Origin: Candidatus Latescibacterota bacterium | GTDB taxonomy: Bacteria; Latescibacterota; UBA2968; UBA8231 | DNA length: 64,000 nt | Assembly: GCA_965248355.1 (NCBI GenBank) | Contig: OZ252098.1 | Span: 1,472,001-1,536,000, forward strand | Direction: 5' to 3' | In this document: positions 55,974 through 64,000 of the stretch, piece after piece | Numbering within the stretch: position 1 is the stretch's first letter | How the letters are laid out: every line of letters starts with the position of its first letter | Notes under the pieces: model-generated | The model's database searches: none | Seen by the model: only the letters and a program-made list of their open reading frames with translations | What the model was told of the DNA's origin: nothing | Made by a program: the position numbers and the translations under genes

Positions 55974-56351
55974 GTGCCCCGATACACCTTCAACCACATT
56001 CACCACGAGGCCGAGGACGTGGCCGCGGCCGTCGACTTCTACCAGCGCGTCTTCGACGCCACCGCCGGTGAGCCCTTCGAGCGCGCCGGCGCCACCTGGG
56101 TCGAGGTTCGCGTCGGCGAGACCCAGATCACGGTCACCGACCGGGAGTTCGCCGGGATGGAGCTGGGGCGCTACCAGGGCGTCGATCACTTCGCCTTCAC
56201 CACCGACGACTTCGACGCCACCCTCGCCCACTGCGAAAAGGAGGGCGTCCACATCTGGTTCGGTCCCCTCAACGTCCCCGGAACGAGCCAGCGCATCGTC
56301 TTCATCGACGGACCCGACCATGTCAAGATCGAGCTGATGGAGAAGGTGTGA
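55974..56351 (+). CDS. VOC (glyoxalase) family protein
   Basis: AAGGAG RBS with GTG start; NHIH, FY.RVF, DHFAF, GPD.VKIEL. Confidence 0.88.
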   Translation: MPRYTFNHIHHEAEDVAAAVDFYQRVFDATAGEPFERAGATWVEVRVGETQITVTDREFAGMELGRYQGVDHFAFTTDDFDATLAHCEKEGVHIWFGPLNVPGTSQRIVFIDGPDHVKIELMEKV

Positions 56352-58261
56352 GCCGCGAGTCCCGGCCCTGCGGGCTGTGGGAGAGCCCCCTGTCGGTGGA
56401 GGACGCCGGCGGCGGCGTGGGGCTGGGCTCGCCCGCCTTCGACAGCGACGGCCGCACCCTGGCGTGGCTCGAGCGGCGCGGCGCCGAATCGGTGATCCTC
56501 TGCCGCCGCCGGGGGGAGGCCGCCGCCCGGGAGCTGACCCGGGGCCACACGGTGCGAGCGCGGGTGTTCTACGGCGGCGGCGAGTTCGCCCTGGGCCGCG
56601 GCCGGGTGATCTTCGTCGAGGACGGGGACCACCTGAGCGCCGTCCCCCTCGGCGGGGGCGGCGTGCGCCGGCTGACCCCCTGCTTCGGCCAGCCGGCGGA
56701 CCCCACGCCCTCCCCCGACGGCCGCTGGATCGTGTACGTGCACGGCGACGGGGCCGACGACCGCCTCGCCGTGGTCGACGCCGCCGGCCGCAACTGGCCC
56801 CAGTCCCTGGTGGACGGGGCCGACTTCTACATGCAGCCGGCCTGGCATCCCCGCGGGCGGCAACTGGCCTGGGTGGAGTACGACCTGCCCGGCATGCCCT
56901 GGGACTCGAGCCGCCTCGTCCTCGGGCGGCTGCGCTTCCCGGCGGGAGCGGCGCCGGTCCTGGCTGACCGCCGTCAACTCGCCGGCGGCGACGGCCGGGC
57001 GGTCTGCCAGCCCGAGTTCTCCCCCGACGGCCGCTGGCTCGCCTGGGCCAGCGACGAGGCCGGCTTCAGCCAGCTGTGGCTCCACGACCTGGCCTCCGGC
57101 GAGGCCGCCTGCCTGACGCCGGACGAGGCCGGCGACGTGGCTCTGCCGGCCTGGGTGCAGGGGGTGCGCGTCCTCGCCTTCTCCGGCGACGGCCGCCGCC
57201 TCTACTTCACGCGCTCCCATCTCGGCCGGCGGCGCCTGTTCGTCTGCGATCCGCCCGACGGACCGCCGCGCCTCTTCGAGCCCCTGGCCGACTGCGACAG
57301 CGTCACCCACCTGGCGGCCTCGCCCCGGGGCGACGAGATCGCCGTGGTGGCCTCCTCTCCGCACCAGCCGGAGCGCATCTGCAGCGTTCGCCGGCGCGGA
57401 TCGGTACGGAAGGTCACCGTTCAGGCGCGGACCTCCCCGGAGCGTCTTGAGGCGGCCGACCTGTCCACCCCGCGGGCGGTGCGCTGGACGGCCGCGGACG
57501 GCGCCGAGGTCCACGGCCTCTACTACCCGCCGGCGAGCCGGTGCTTTCACGGGCCCGACCGGCCGCCGCTGATCGTCGACGTCCACGGCGGACCGACCAG
57601 TCAGGCGGACTTCGGCCACGACCCCGAGGTCCAGTACTACGCCACGAGGGGCTGGGCGGTGCTGCTCCTCAACCACCGCGGCAGCACCGGGTACGGCCGC
57701 GCCTACATGGCCGCCCTGGGCGGCCACTGGGGCGTCCTCGACGTGGAGGAGGCCGTCGGCGGCGCAAGATACCTGGCCGACGAAGGGCTGGCCGATGCCC
57801 GGCGCCTCGCCATCTCAGGGGGCAGCGCCGGGGGCTACACCGTCCTGCGCGCCCTCACCCTCCACCCCGGCTTCTTCCGCGTCGGCGTCTGCCGCTACGG
57901 CATCTCCGACCTCCTGGCCCTGACGGAGGAGACCCACAAGTTCGAGTCCCGCTACACCGATTTCCTCCTCGGCCCCCTGCCGGAAGCCGCGGGCCTCTAC
58001 CGCGAGCGCTCCCCCCTGTTCGCCGCCGAGGCCCTTCGCGACCCCGTGATCCTGTTCCAGGGCGACGAGGACCGGGTCGTGCCCCGGACCCAGTCCGACG
58101 CCATCGTCGAGTCCCTGCGCCGGCGCCGCGTGCCCCACGAGTACCACGTCTACGCGGGCGAGGGCCACGGCTTCCGCCGGCCGGAGAACCGCCGACACTG
58201 CCTGCGGGCCACCGAGGCCTTCCTGCGGCGCCACGTGCTCTATTGCGGAGACGGACCGTGA
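56348..58261 (+). CDS. S9 family (prolyl oligopeptidase/acylaminoacyl) peptidase
   Basis: PD40-like propeller; HGGPT, GSTGYG, GGSAGG, QG.ED.VV, EGHGF. Confidence 0.92.
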   Translation: MSRESRPCGLWESPLSVEDAGGGVGLGSPAFDSDGRTLAWLERRGAESVILCRRRGEAAARELTRGHTVRARVFYGGGEFALGRGRVIFVEDGDHLSAVPLGGGGVRRLTPCFGQPADPTPSPDGRWIVYVHGDGADDRLAVVDAAGRNWPQSLVDGADFYMQPAWHPRGRQLAWVEYDLPGMPWDSSRLVLGRLRFPAGAAPVLADRRQLAGGDGRAVCQPEFSPDGRWLAWASDEAGFSQLWLHDLASGEAACLTPDEAGDVALPAWVQGVRVLAFSGDGRRLYFTRSHLGRRRLFVCDPPDGPPRLFEPLADCDSVTHLAASPRGDEIAVVASSPHQPERICSVRRRGSVRKVTVQARTSPERLEAADLSTPRAVRWTAADGAEVHGLYYPPASRCFHGPDRPPLIVDVHGGPTSQADFGHDPEVQYYATRGWAVLLLNHRGSTGYGRAYMAALGGHWGVLDVEEAVGGARYLADEGLADARRLAISGGSAGGYTVLRALTLHPGFFRVGVCRYGISDLLALTEETHKFESRYTDFLLGPLPEAAGLYRERSPLFAAEALRDPVILFQGDEDRVVPRTQSDAIVESLRRRRVPHEYHVYAGEGHGFRRPENRRHCLRATEAFLRRHVLYCGDGP

Positions 58262-59682
58262 GCTACGAGACGATCATCGGCATGGAGGTCCACGTGGAGC
58301 TGGGCACGGCGTCGAAGATGTTCTGCTCCTGCCCGGCCGATCACTTCCAGGTGGCCCCCAACCGGCACGTCTGCCCCGTGTGCAGCGCCCAGCCGGGCGC
58401 CCTGCCGGTGATCAACGGCCGCGCCGTGGAGCTCACGGTGATGACCGGCCTGGCCCTGAACGGCCGGATCCGCCCGCGCTCCGTCTTCGCCCGCAAGAAC
58501 TACACCTACCCCGACCTGCCGAAGGGCTACCAGATCTCCCAGTACGAGCGCCCCCTGTGCGAGGACGGGTGGGTCGACGTCGCCGCCGAAGGCGAGGTCC
58601 GGCGCGTGGCCATCCACCGCGTCCACCTGGAGGAGGACACGGGCAAGCTCGTCCACCAGGGCGGGGCCAGCCACGTCGACCTCAACCGCGCCGGCGTGCC
58701 CCTCATGGAGATCGTCAGCGACGCCTCGATCCGCTCCGCCGACGAGGCCGGCGCCTACGTGCAGAAGATCCGCCAGATCGTCCGCTACCTGGGCGCCTCC
58801 ACCGGCGACATGGAGAAGGGCGCCCTGCGCTGCGAGGCCAACATCTCGGTGCGGCCCCGGGGCTCGCAGGTCCTCGGCACCAAGGTGGAGGTGAAGAACC
58901 TGAACAGCTTCCGCTCGGTGCGGAACGCCATCGACTACGAGGTCGAGCGGCAGATCGAGGTGCTGCGGACGGGCGGCCAGGTGCGCCAGGTGACCATGGG
59001 GTGGGACGAGTCGGCCGAGGTGACGCGGGAGCAGCGCTCCAAGGAAGAGGCCGACGACTACCGCTACTTCCCGGAGCCCGACCTGCTCGAGGTCGACCTG
59101 GCCGAGGCCTGGATCGACGAGGTCCGGGGGAGCCTGCCGGAGCTGCCCGACGCCAAGGCGGCCGCCTTCGCCGGTCTCGGCCTGGGCCCCCGCGAGGCGG
59201 CGCAGCTGGCCGAGGACGGCGCCGTGGCCGCCTACTTCGAGGAGGTCGTCGCCGCCGGCGCCGAGGCCCGGAGCGCCGCCAACTGGGTCACGGGCGAGAT
59301 CTTCCGCCTTCTCAACGAGGGCGGCGGCGACATCGGCGCGCTCAAGGTGAGGCCGCAACAACTGGCCGAGCTGATCGCCCTGACCGCGGCCGGCACGGTG
59401 AGCGGCCCCGCCGCCCGGGAGGTCTTCGGCGCCATGGCCGAGAGCGGCGGCTCGCCGGCGCGGATCGTCGAGGAACGGGGCCTGCAGCAGGTCTCCGACT
59501 CGGGCGAGCTGGAATCCCGCGTCGACGCCGTGATCGCCGGGCAGCCCGACGCCGCCGACAAGGTGCGGGCGGGCGACCCGAAGCCGATCGGCTTCCTCGT
59601 GGGCCAGGTGATGCGCGCCACCCGGGGCCGCGCCAACCCGCAGCGGGTGCAGGAACTCCTGCGCGAGCGCCTGCGGTCCTGA
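58258..59682 (+). CDS. gatB: Asp-tRNA(Asn)/Glu-tRNA(Gln) amidotransferase subunit B
   Basis: Start re-called to GTG 58258; [57 protein letters not shown]. Confidence 0.96.
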   Translation: MSYETIIGMEVHVELGTASKMFCSCPADHFQVAPNRHVCPVCSAQPGALPVINGRAVELTVMTGLALNGRIRPRSVFARKNYTYPDLPKGYQISQYERPLCEDGWVDVAAEGEVRRVAIHRVHLEEDTGKLVHQGGASHVDLNRAGVPLMEIVSDASIRSADEAGAYVQKIRQIVRYLGASTGDMEKGALRCEANISVRPRGSQVLGTKVEVKNLNSFRSVRNAIDYEVERQIEVLRTGGQVRQVTMGWDESAEVTREQRSKEEADDYRYFPEPDLLEVDLAEAWIDEVRGSLPELPDAKAAAFAGLGLGPREAAQLAEDGAVAAYFEEVVAAGAEARSAANWVTGEIFRLLNEGGGDIGALKVRPQQLAELIALTAAGTVSGPAAREVFGAMAESGGSPARIVEERGLQQVSDSGELESRVDAVIAGQPDAADKVRAGDPKPIGFLVGQVMRATRGRANPQRVQELLRERLRS

Positions 59683-59697
59683 GCCCCGGCCCCCCCC

Positions 59698-62600
59698 CTA
59701 CCGCAGCAGCACCAGGCGCCCCGTGGCCCGTTCCGGGCCGGCGGTCAGGCGAACGAGGTAGACCCCGCTGGCCGCCGGCCGTCCCTGGTCGTCGGCGCCC
59801 CTCCAGACCACCCGGAAGCGTCCGGGACCGGCCGACGCCTCGTCCCGCAGGGTGCGCACCCGGCGGCCGAGAACGTCGTAGACCACCAGCTGCAGCGGCG
59901 AGGCCGCGGGCAGGTCGAAGTCGATGGAGGCGGCGGCGTTGAAGGGATTGGGCCACGGGCTTCGCAGGGCGAACTCCAGCGGCGGCTCTGCCGCCCCCTC
60001 CGCGACCGAAGTGGCCGGCGGCTCCCCGGTCAGGAAGGGGGTCCACACCATGGCCCCGGACAACTGCGCGGCGATCTCGTCCGGGTCGGTGGAGCCCCAG
60101 TAGTTGCCTCGCGCGTCGAGCTCCACGTCGCTGCGGTTCTCCACGGCGAGACCGTTGCCGGTGAAGACGTTGTCCCCGATCGGGTCGGGCACCGCCGGCC
60201 CGTCGACGCGCAGGGCCGTGACGTTGCCGTCGAAGCGGTTGCCGACCACGGCGGGGGCCGAGTCGACCGAATGGAGGGCCACGGCGGCGTTGACGAACTC
60301 GCTGGTGCGGACCGCGGCGGCCCGGGTCCCGGTCAGGGTGGCGCCGTTGGCCGTGAAGTGGCTCATCTCCACCGCCACCGTGCCGCCTTCCACCCGCAGG
60401 CCGGCGCCGAGGTTGCGGTCGAAGTCCGTGGTCCACACCTCCGACGCCGTCGACGCGAGATAGGCCCCGGTGCCGCGGTTGCGATGCACCTCCACCTCCT
60501 CGAAGACCACCCTCTCGGCGCCGTCGACGCGCAGGCCGTCGCGGCGGTTGGCGGTGACGGTCGTGCCGTGGAGCTCGACCACGCCCCTCCAGTCGTCCAG
60601 CTCCAGCCCGTGCCCCTCGTTCTCCTCCACCCGGCTCCGCCACAGCTCGATGCGGCCGCCCACGCCACCCTCCGCGGCCAGCCCCGAGCGCGGATCGCCG
60701 CTGTCGAGGGCCCCATTGTCCATGATGCGCGTATCGATCAACTCGAGACCGGCGTTGCTGGTGACCACTCCCTCCCGGCCGTTCTCCTCCACGACGCTGC
60801 TGCGCATCCGCAGGCGGCCCGGCCCCCGCACCCAGACGGCTCGATCGAGGATGGAGCGGAAGGTGCTGCGGTCGATGCTCGCCAGGCCGAAGAGGCGCAG
60901 ATCGACGCCCCGAAACATCCGCTGCAGGCGGCCGTCGATCAGGCGGAAGCCGCCGTCGGCCGTCATCTCGCCGCCGATCCCGATGACGGCCTGATCCAGG
61001 CTGAGACCGGTGGCGTCGATGGCCCCCCCGGCGGCCAGCCGGAGGCCCGCCCACAGGTCCTCGGGCAGGGACGAGTCGACGGTGAGGACCGCCGGGCCGG
61101 CGGCGGTGCCGGAGACGGTCAGGCGGCCCTCCACGACCAGCTCGGTGTGGGCCGGCATCTGCCCCCGACGGGACCGGTCCGGCGTCGCGAACCGGGTCTC
61201 CGAGCCGGATGCGATGCGCAGCCGGGCCCCGGCGGGCACCAGCAGGTCCCAGGGGATCGTGCGCTTCCCCCTCCACTCCGTCGTCCCCTCCGGCAGGCGA
61301 TCCCGCGCGATGCCGAGGCGCGCGCCCTCCAGGACCAGGCCTCCGGCGTCGCGGGCCGGCTCCAGCCCGGCGCTGCCGCCGCCGAAGACCAGCACTCCCA
61401 GCCACCCGCTCCCGTCCGACTTCGTCAGGCGCACCGGCGCCGCGCTGCCGCCCTCGACCACCAGCTCCCCGTAGACGATGAGCTCGCAGCGGCCGGGGTC
61501 GAAGCCGGTGCCGCGGCTGTCGGCGGCGGCGAAGCTCACCCTCGTGCCGGCGGCCAGGGTCAGAGTCGCCCCCGGCTCGACGACGACGTCCCCCTCCACG
61601 GCCACCTCGCCCGACCACCGCCGGGATCCGCCGATATTGCCTTCCACGGGCTGCTGGAGCAGCACGTCCAGGCGCATGCGGCCGTCCTCGAGAGCGGTGA
61701 TCCGGTCGAGGACCAGGCCCAGGGGAACCCCGCGGCGGTGGCCGGCGTGGGCGCGCAGGCCGGGGTTGGTGTCGAGGGCGAGGCGCCGGTACCTCACCCC
61801 GTCGAAGGGGTCGGTGGCGTCGCCTTCGTTGCCGTTGTGGTCGCTCGCGTAGCCGGCGTCCTTGGCCCAGAAATCAAGGTTGTCGCCCCCCGCCACCGGG
61901 TCGGGCGGGCCGCCGGGGAAACCGCGGTCGGCATAGAGCCCGTCGGCGCACACCAGGTCGACCTGCTTGTGCCGCTCCTCGTCGTTGTCGGCGCGCTCGT
62001 CCACGTGCCAGATGAGGAGCCCGCCGGCCGGGATGTTGCGGTTGTAGTGGCCGTGGGCCTGGCGGTTCTCGATCAGGAAGTACTCGTCGGGCGTGAGGCT
62101 CACCTTGAGCACCCGTCCGCCGCGGTCCATCGACTCCAGCTCCACCCCCCGCAGCGACTCGGTCACCTCCACGAGGCGCTCGTTGCCCGGGCCGAGCCAG
62201 CCCAGCCGGGCCAGGGACCAGGCGGAGAACGCGTTCGGCCCGTCCTCGTGTCCCCAGCCGAGGATCCCCAGCCCCATGAGGCCCCACTTGCCGATGCCGG
62301 CCGATTCCTCCGCCGGGTCGAGCTCGCCGAGGGCCGTGACCGAGGACTGGTCGAAGAGGTCGGGCAGGCCGAGGAGGTGGGCGAACTCGTGGCACATGGT
62401 CCCCGCCGTCACCCCGAAGACGTGCCCCCGCTGGGTCGTTCCGGCGAACCTGGAGAACTGGTTGCGCACCCGGATGACGCCGCCGCCGGCGGCCGGGTCG
62501 TCGGATAGGAAGTCGGACTTCAGCCCCAGGCTGGCGATGCCCGTGGCCCTGGTGATGAAGAAGTTCTCGGGAGCCGTGAGCAGGTTGATGAACAGGATGT

Positions 62601-63087
62601 CCACGTAGCCGTCGTCGTCGCCGGAGTTCGGCACGCCATCGGGGCCGTCGTTGTCGAAGTCGCCCAGGTCGACCTCGGGGTCGGCCTGCTCCAGGATTTC
62701 GAGATTGAAGCGGCCGAAGTCACCAAGGGTGGCGGAGGTGTCGGCGAGGTAGGCGGAGGCCGGGCTGCGCGACTCGTAGCGGCGGGGCAACACCCTTCCG
62801 GAGACCCGCAGCTGCCCGCCGGACATCTCGTTGTAGAAGTGGGTGAAGCTGCCCGGCAGGCCCTCGTCGAAGAGGTCGTCCGCCCACGACGGCTTCTTGT
62901 CGACACCTGGGGCCTCGCCGGCGAACTTGGCGAACACCACGAGGGCGCTGTAGCTGCCCGTGGCGGCCCCGGGGGGAGCGTAGGCCGACGGTCGGGCCGA
63001 GGGGTCGCCGGGCTGCGAGGCGGCGACGGGGCCGGCCACAAGGCCCAGCAGGACCGGCCAGGCCGCCGCCAGCCGGCGGGCCGTCAC
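59698..63087 (-). CDS. M6 (immune inhibitor A-like) secreted metalloprotease with right-handed beta-helix and C-terminal FlgD-Ig domain
   Basis: GTG start at 63087 with signal peptide; HEFAHLLGLPDL, W.LM..G, EYFLIENR, GLLIWHVD; parallel beta-helix repeats; WPNPFN tail. Confidence 0.88.
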   Translation of the reverse strand: MTARRLAAAWPVLLGLVAGPVAASQPGDPSARPSAYAPPGAATGSYSALVVFAKFAGEAPGVDKKPSWADDLFDEGLPGSFTHFYNEMSGGQLRVSGRVLPRRYESRSPASAYLADTSATLGDFGRFNLEILEQADPEVDLGDFDNDGPDGVPNSGDDDGYVDILFINLLTAPENFFITRATGIASLGLKSDFLSDDPAAGGGVIRVRNQFSRFAGTTQRGHVFGVTAGTMCHEFAHLLGLPDLFDQSSVTALGELDPAEESAGIGKWGLMGLGILGWGHEDGPNAFSAWSLARLGWLGPGNERLVEVTESLRGVELESMDRGGRVLKVSLTPDEYFLIENRQAHGHYNRNIPAGGLLIWHVDERADNDEERHKQVDLVCADGLYADRGFPGGPPDPVAGGDNLDFWAKDAGYASDHNGNEGDATDPFDGVRYRRLALDTNPGLRAHAGHRRGVPLGLVLDRITALEDGRMRLDVLLQQPVEGNIGGSRRWSGEVAVEGDVVVEPGATLTLAAGTRVSFAAADSRGTGFDPGRCELIVYGELVVEGGSAAPVRLTKSDGSGWLGVLVFGGGSAGLEPARDAGGLVLEGARLGIARDRLPEGTTEWRGKRTIPWDLLVPAGARLRIASGSETRFATPDRSRRGQMPAHTELVVEGRLTVSGTAAGPAVLTVDSSLPEDLWAGLRLAAGGAIDATGLSLDQAVIGIGGEMTADGGFRLIDGRLQRMFRGVDLRLFGLASIDRSTFRSILDRAVWVRGPGRLRMRSSVVEENGREGVVTSNAGLELIDTRIMDNGALDSGDPRSGLAAEGGVGGRIELWRSRVEENEGHGLELDDWRGVVELHGTTVTANRRDGLRVDGAERVVFEEVEVHRNRGTGAYLASTASEVWTTDFDRNLGAGLRVEGGTVAVEMSHFTANGATLTGTRAAAVRTSEFVNAAVALHSVDSAPAVVGNRFDGNVTALRVDGPAVPDPIGDNVFTGNGLAVENRSDVELDARGNYWGSTDPDEIAAQLSGAMVWTPFLTGEPPATSVAEGAAEPPLEFALRSPWPNPFNAAASIDFDLPAASPLQLVVYDVLGRRVRTLRDEASAGPGRFRVVWRGADDQGRPAASGVYLVRLTAGPERATGRLVLLR

Positions 63088-64000
63088 ACCCCGGCGCCCC
63101 GCACGTCCGGCGCCCGGCCGCATTCCTTGATGAAGGCGTCGGTCTCCGCCTCGTAGGAGAGGAAGGGATCGTCGAGGTTGAGGTACTTCTCGTCCTCCAC
63201 GTAGATCGAGTCCCAGTCGATGACGTAGCGCGCCTTGTGGCCGGAAAGGGCGCGCATCACCTTCGACCGCGCCAGCGCCCGCGTGTCGCCGGGAGGTTTG
63301 ACGATCGCCAGGTTCACCTGCTCGTCGTCGACCACGGTGCGGAGCAGGCCTCGCTGCCGCAGATCGTGGTAGAGGCCGCGGGCCGGATTCAGGTTGTGGT
63401 ATTCCAGGTCCAGCGACTGGATCCAGGGGTCGTCCCAGTCCCGCCCTTCCGCCTCCATGAAGGTCTCCAGGAGCCACTTCTTCGTCACCCAGTCGAGCCG
63501 GTCCATCAGGGCCATGGGGTCGCAGGCCAGGGCGTCGAGGACGAAGCGCCACTCGTCGAGGACCCAGTCCCCCTCCGGATCCTTGCCGCGCAGGTAGGTC
63601 TCGGCCAGCTGCAGGTACTGGCGCTGCACCTCCAGGGCCGTCGTGTAGCGGCCGTCCTCGAGCTGCACCTCCCACTTGAAGGTCAGGTCGCGGGAGATGT
63701 CGCGGATCGCCTGCACCGGGTCGAGCATCTTCACGTCGGGCACAACCCGCTCCTCGAGCAGCTCGAGCATGAGGGCCGTGGTGCCCACCTTCAACGCCGT
63801 GGCGTACTCCGACATGTTGGAATCGCCCACGAGCAGGTGCAGCCGGCGGTAGAGGCCCCAGTCGGCCAGCGGCTCGTCGCGCGTGTTGATGATGGCGCGG
63901 CTGAACTGGATCCACTGGTAGATCTCGGTGACGATGTGGTCGGCCCGCTGCGAGATCTGGTACGGCACCTCCCCTTCCTCGCCGGTGCCGTACTCGAAGA
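63084..64000 (-). CDS. Proteasome accessory factor PafA2 family (Pup/UBact ligase-like; Dop not excluded), 5' end outside the window
   Basis: SQRADH, IINTRDEP.AD...YRRLH..VGDSNMSE...LKVGTT, LDW..K, DLEYH, PP.DTRA..R, DW, L.DPF. Confidence 0.88.
   Translation of the reverse strand, partial: FEYGTGEEGEVPYQISQRADHIVTEIYQWIQFSRAIINTRDEPLADWGLYRRLHLLVGDSNMSEYATALKVGTTALMLELLEERVVPDVKMLDPVQAIRDISRDLTFKWEVQLEDGRYTTALEVQRQYLQLAETYLRGKDPEGDWVLDEWRFVLDALACDPMALMDRLDWVTKKWLLETFMEAEGRDWDDPWIQSLDLEYHNLNPARGLYHDLRQRGLLRTVVDDEQVNLAIVKPPGDTRALARSKVMRALSGHKARYVIDWDSIYVEDEKYLNLDDPFLSYEAETDAFIKECGRAPDVRGAGV

Noticed and set aside
1012..62508. Many long antisense or alternate-frame ORFs (e.g. 1012..3666, 6856..9969, 22295..25726, 28259..30943, 60271..62508)
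   Set aside because: These are shadows of real genes in very GC-rich DNA: Arg/Gly/Pro-rich or antisense-biased composition and no family motifs.
18506..63915. Apparent long N-terminal extensions or fusions in the ORF track (HNH 595 aa, Pnkp 1154 aa, GatB 713 aa, M6 1405 aa, ADH 844 aa)
   Set aside because: The extensions overlap upstream genes in another frame; true starts with an RBS or stop/start overlap lie downstream.
1..64000. CRISPR array, integron attC array or rRNA
   Set aside because: No regularly spaced repeat-spacer units, no attC-like sites or integrase, and no rRNA signatures were found by eye.

Overview
A very GC-rich, gene-dense chromosomal window from a diderm bacterium. FlgD-Ig/secretion-tail proteins, DUF6785-type transporters, sulfatases and a Pup/UBact-type ligase suggest a Latescibacterota-like lineage, which is inference only. 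Housekeeping genes: lpdA, rnhA, tyrS, guaA, nadB, gatB and tRNA-Val(TAC). Catabolic genes: two sulfatases, a tandem enolase-superfamily duplication, two aldo/keto reductases, nitrilase, PhyH dioxygenase, Ldh_2 dehydrogenase, cupin and epimerase. Defence/repair and mobile content: an intact Hen1-Pnkp RNA repair operon, a TM0106-type nuclease-helicase clipped at its 3' end by an intact IS630, an SRA-like/HNH endonuclease, and an island relic next to the tRNA. The most striking unannotated signal is upstream of tyrS: a promoter, a leaderless 27-aa uORF with one Tyr codon, mutually exclusive 1:2, 2:3 and 3:4 hairpins and an intrinsic terminator. This looks like a ribosome-mediated (non-T-box) attenuator. 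No CRISPR array or rRNA was seen. All calls come from reading motifs by eye; no database searches were run.
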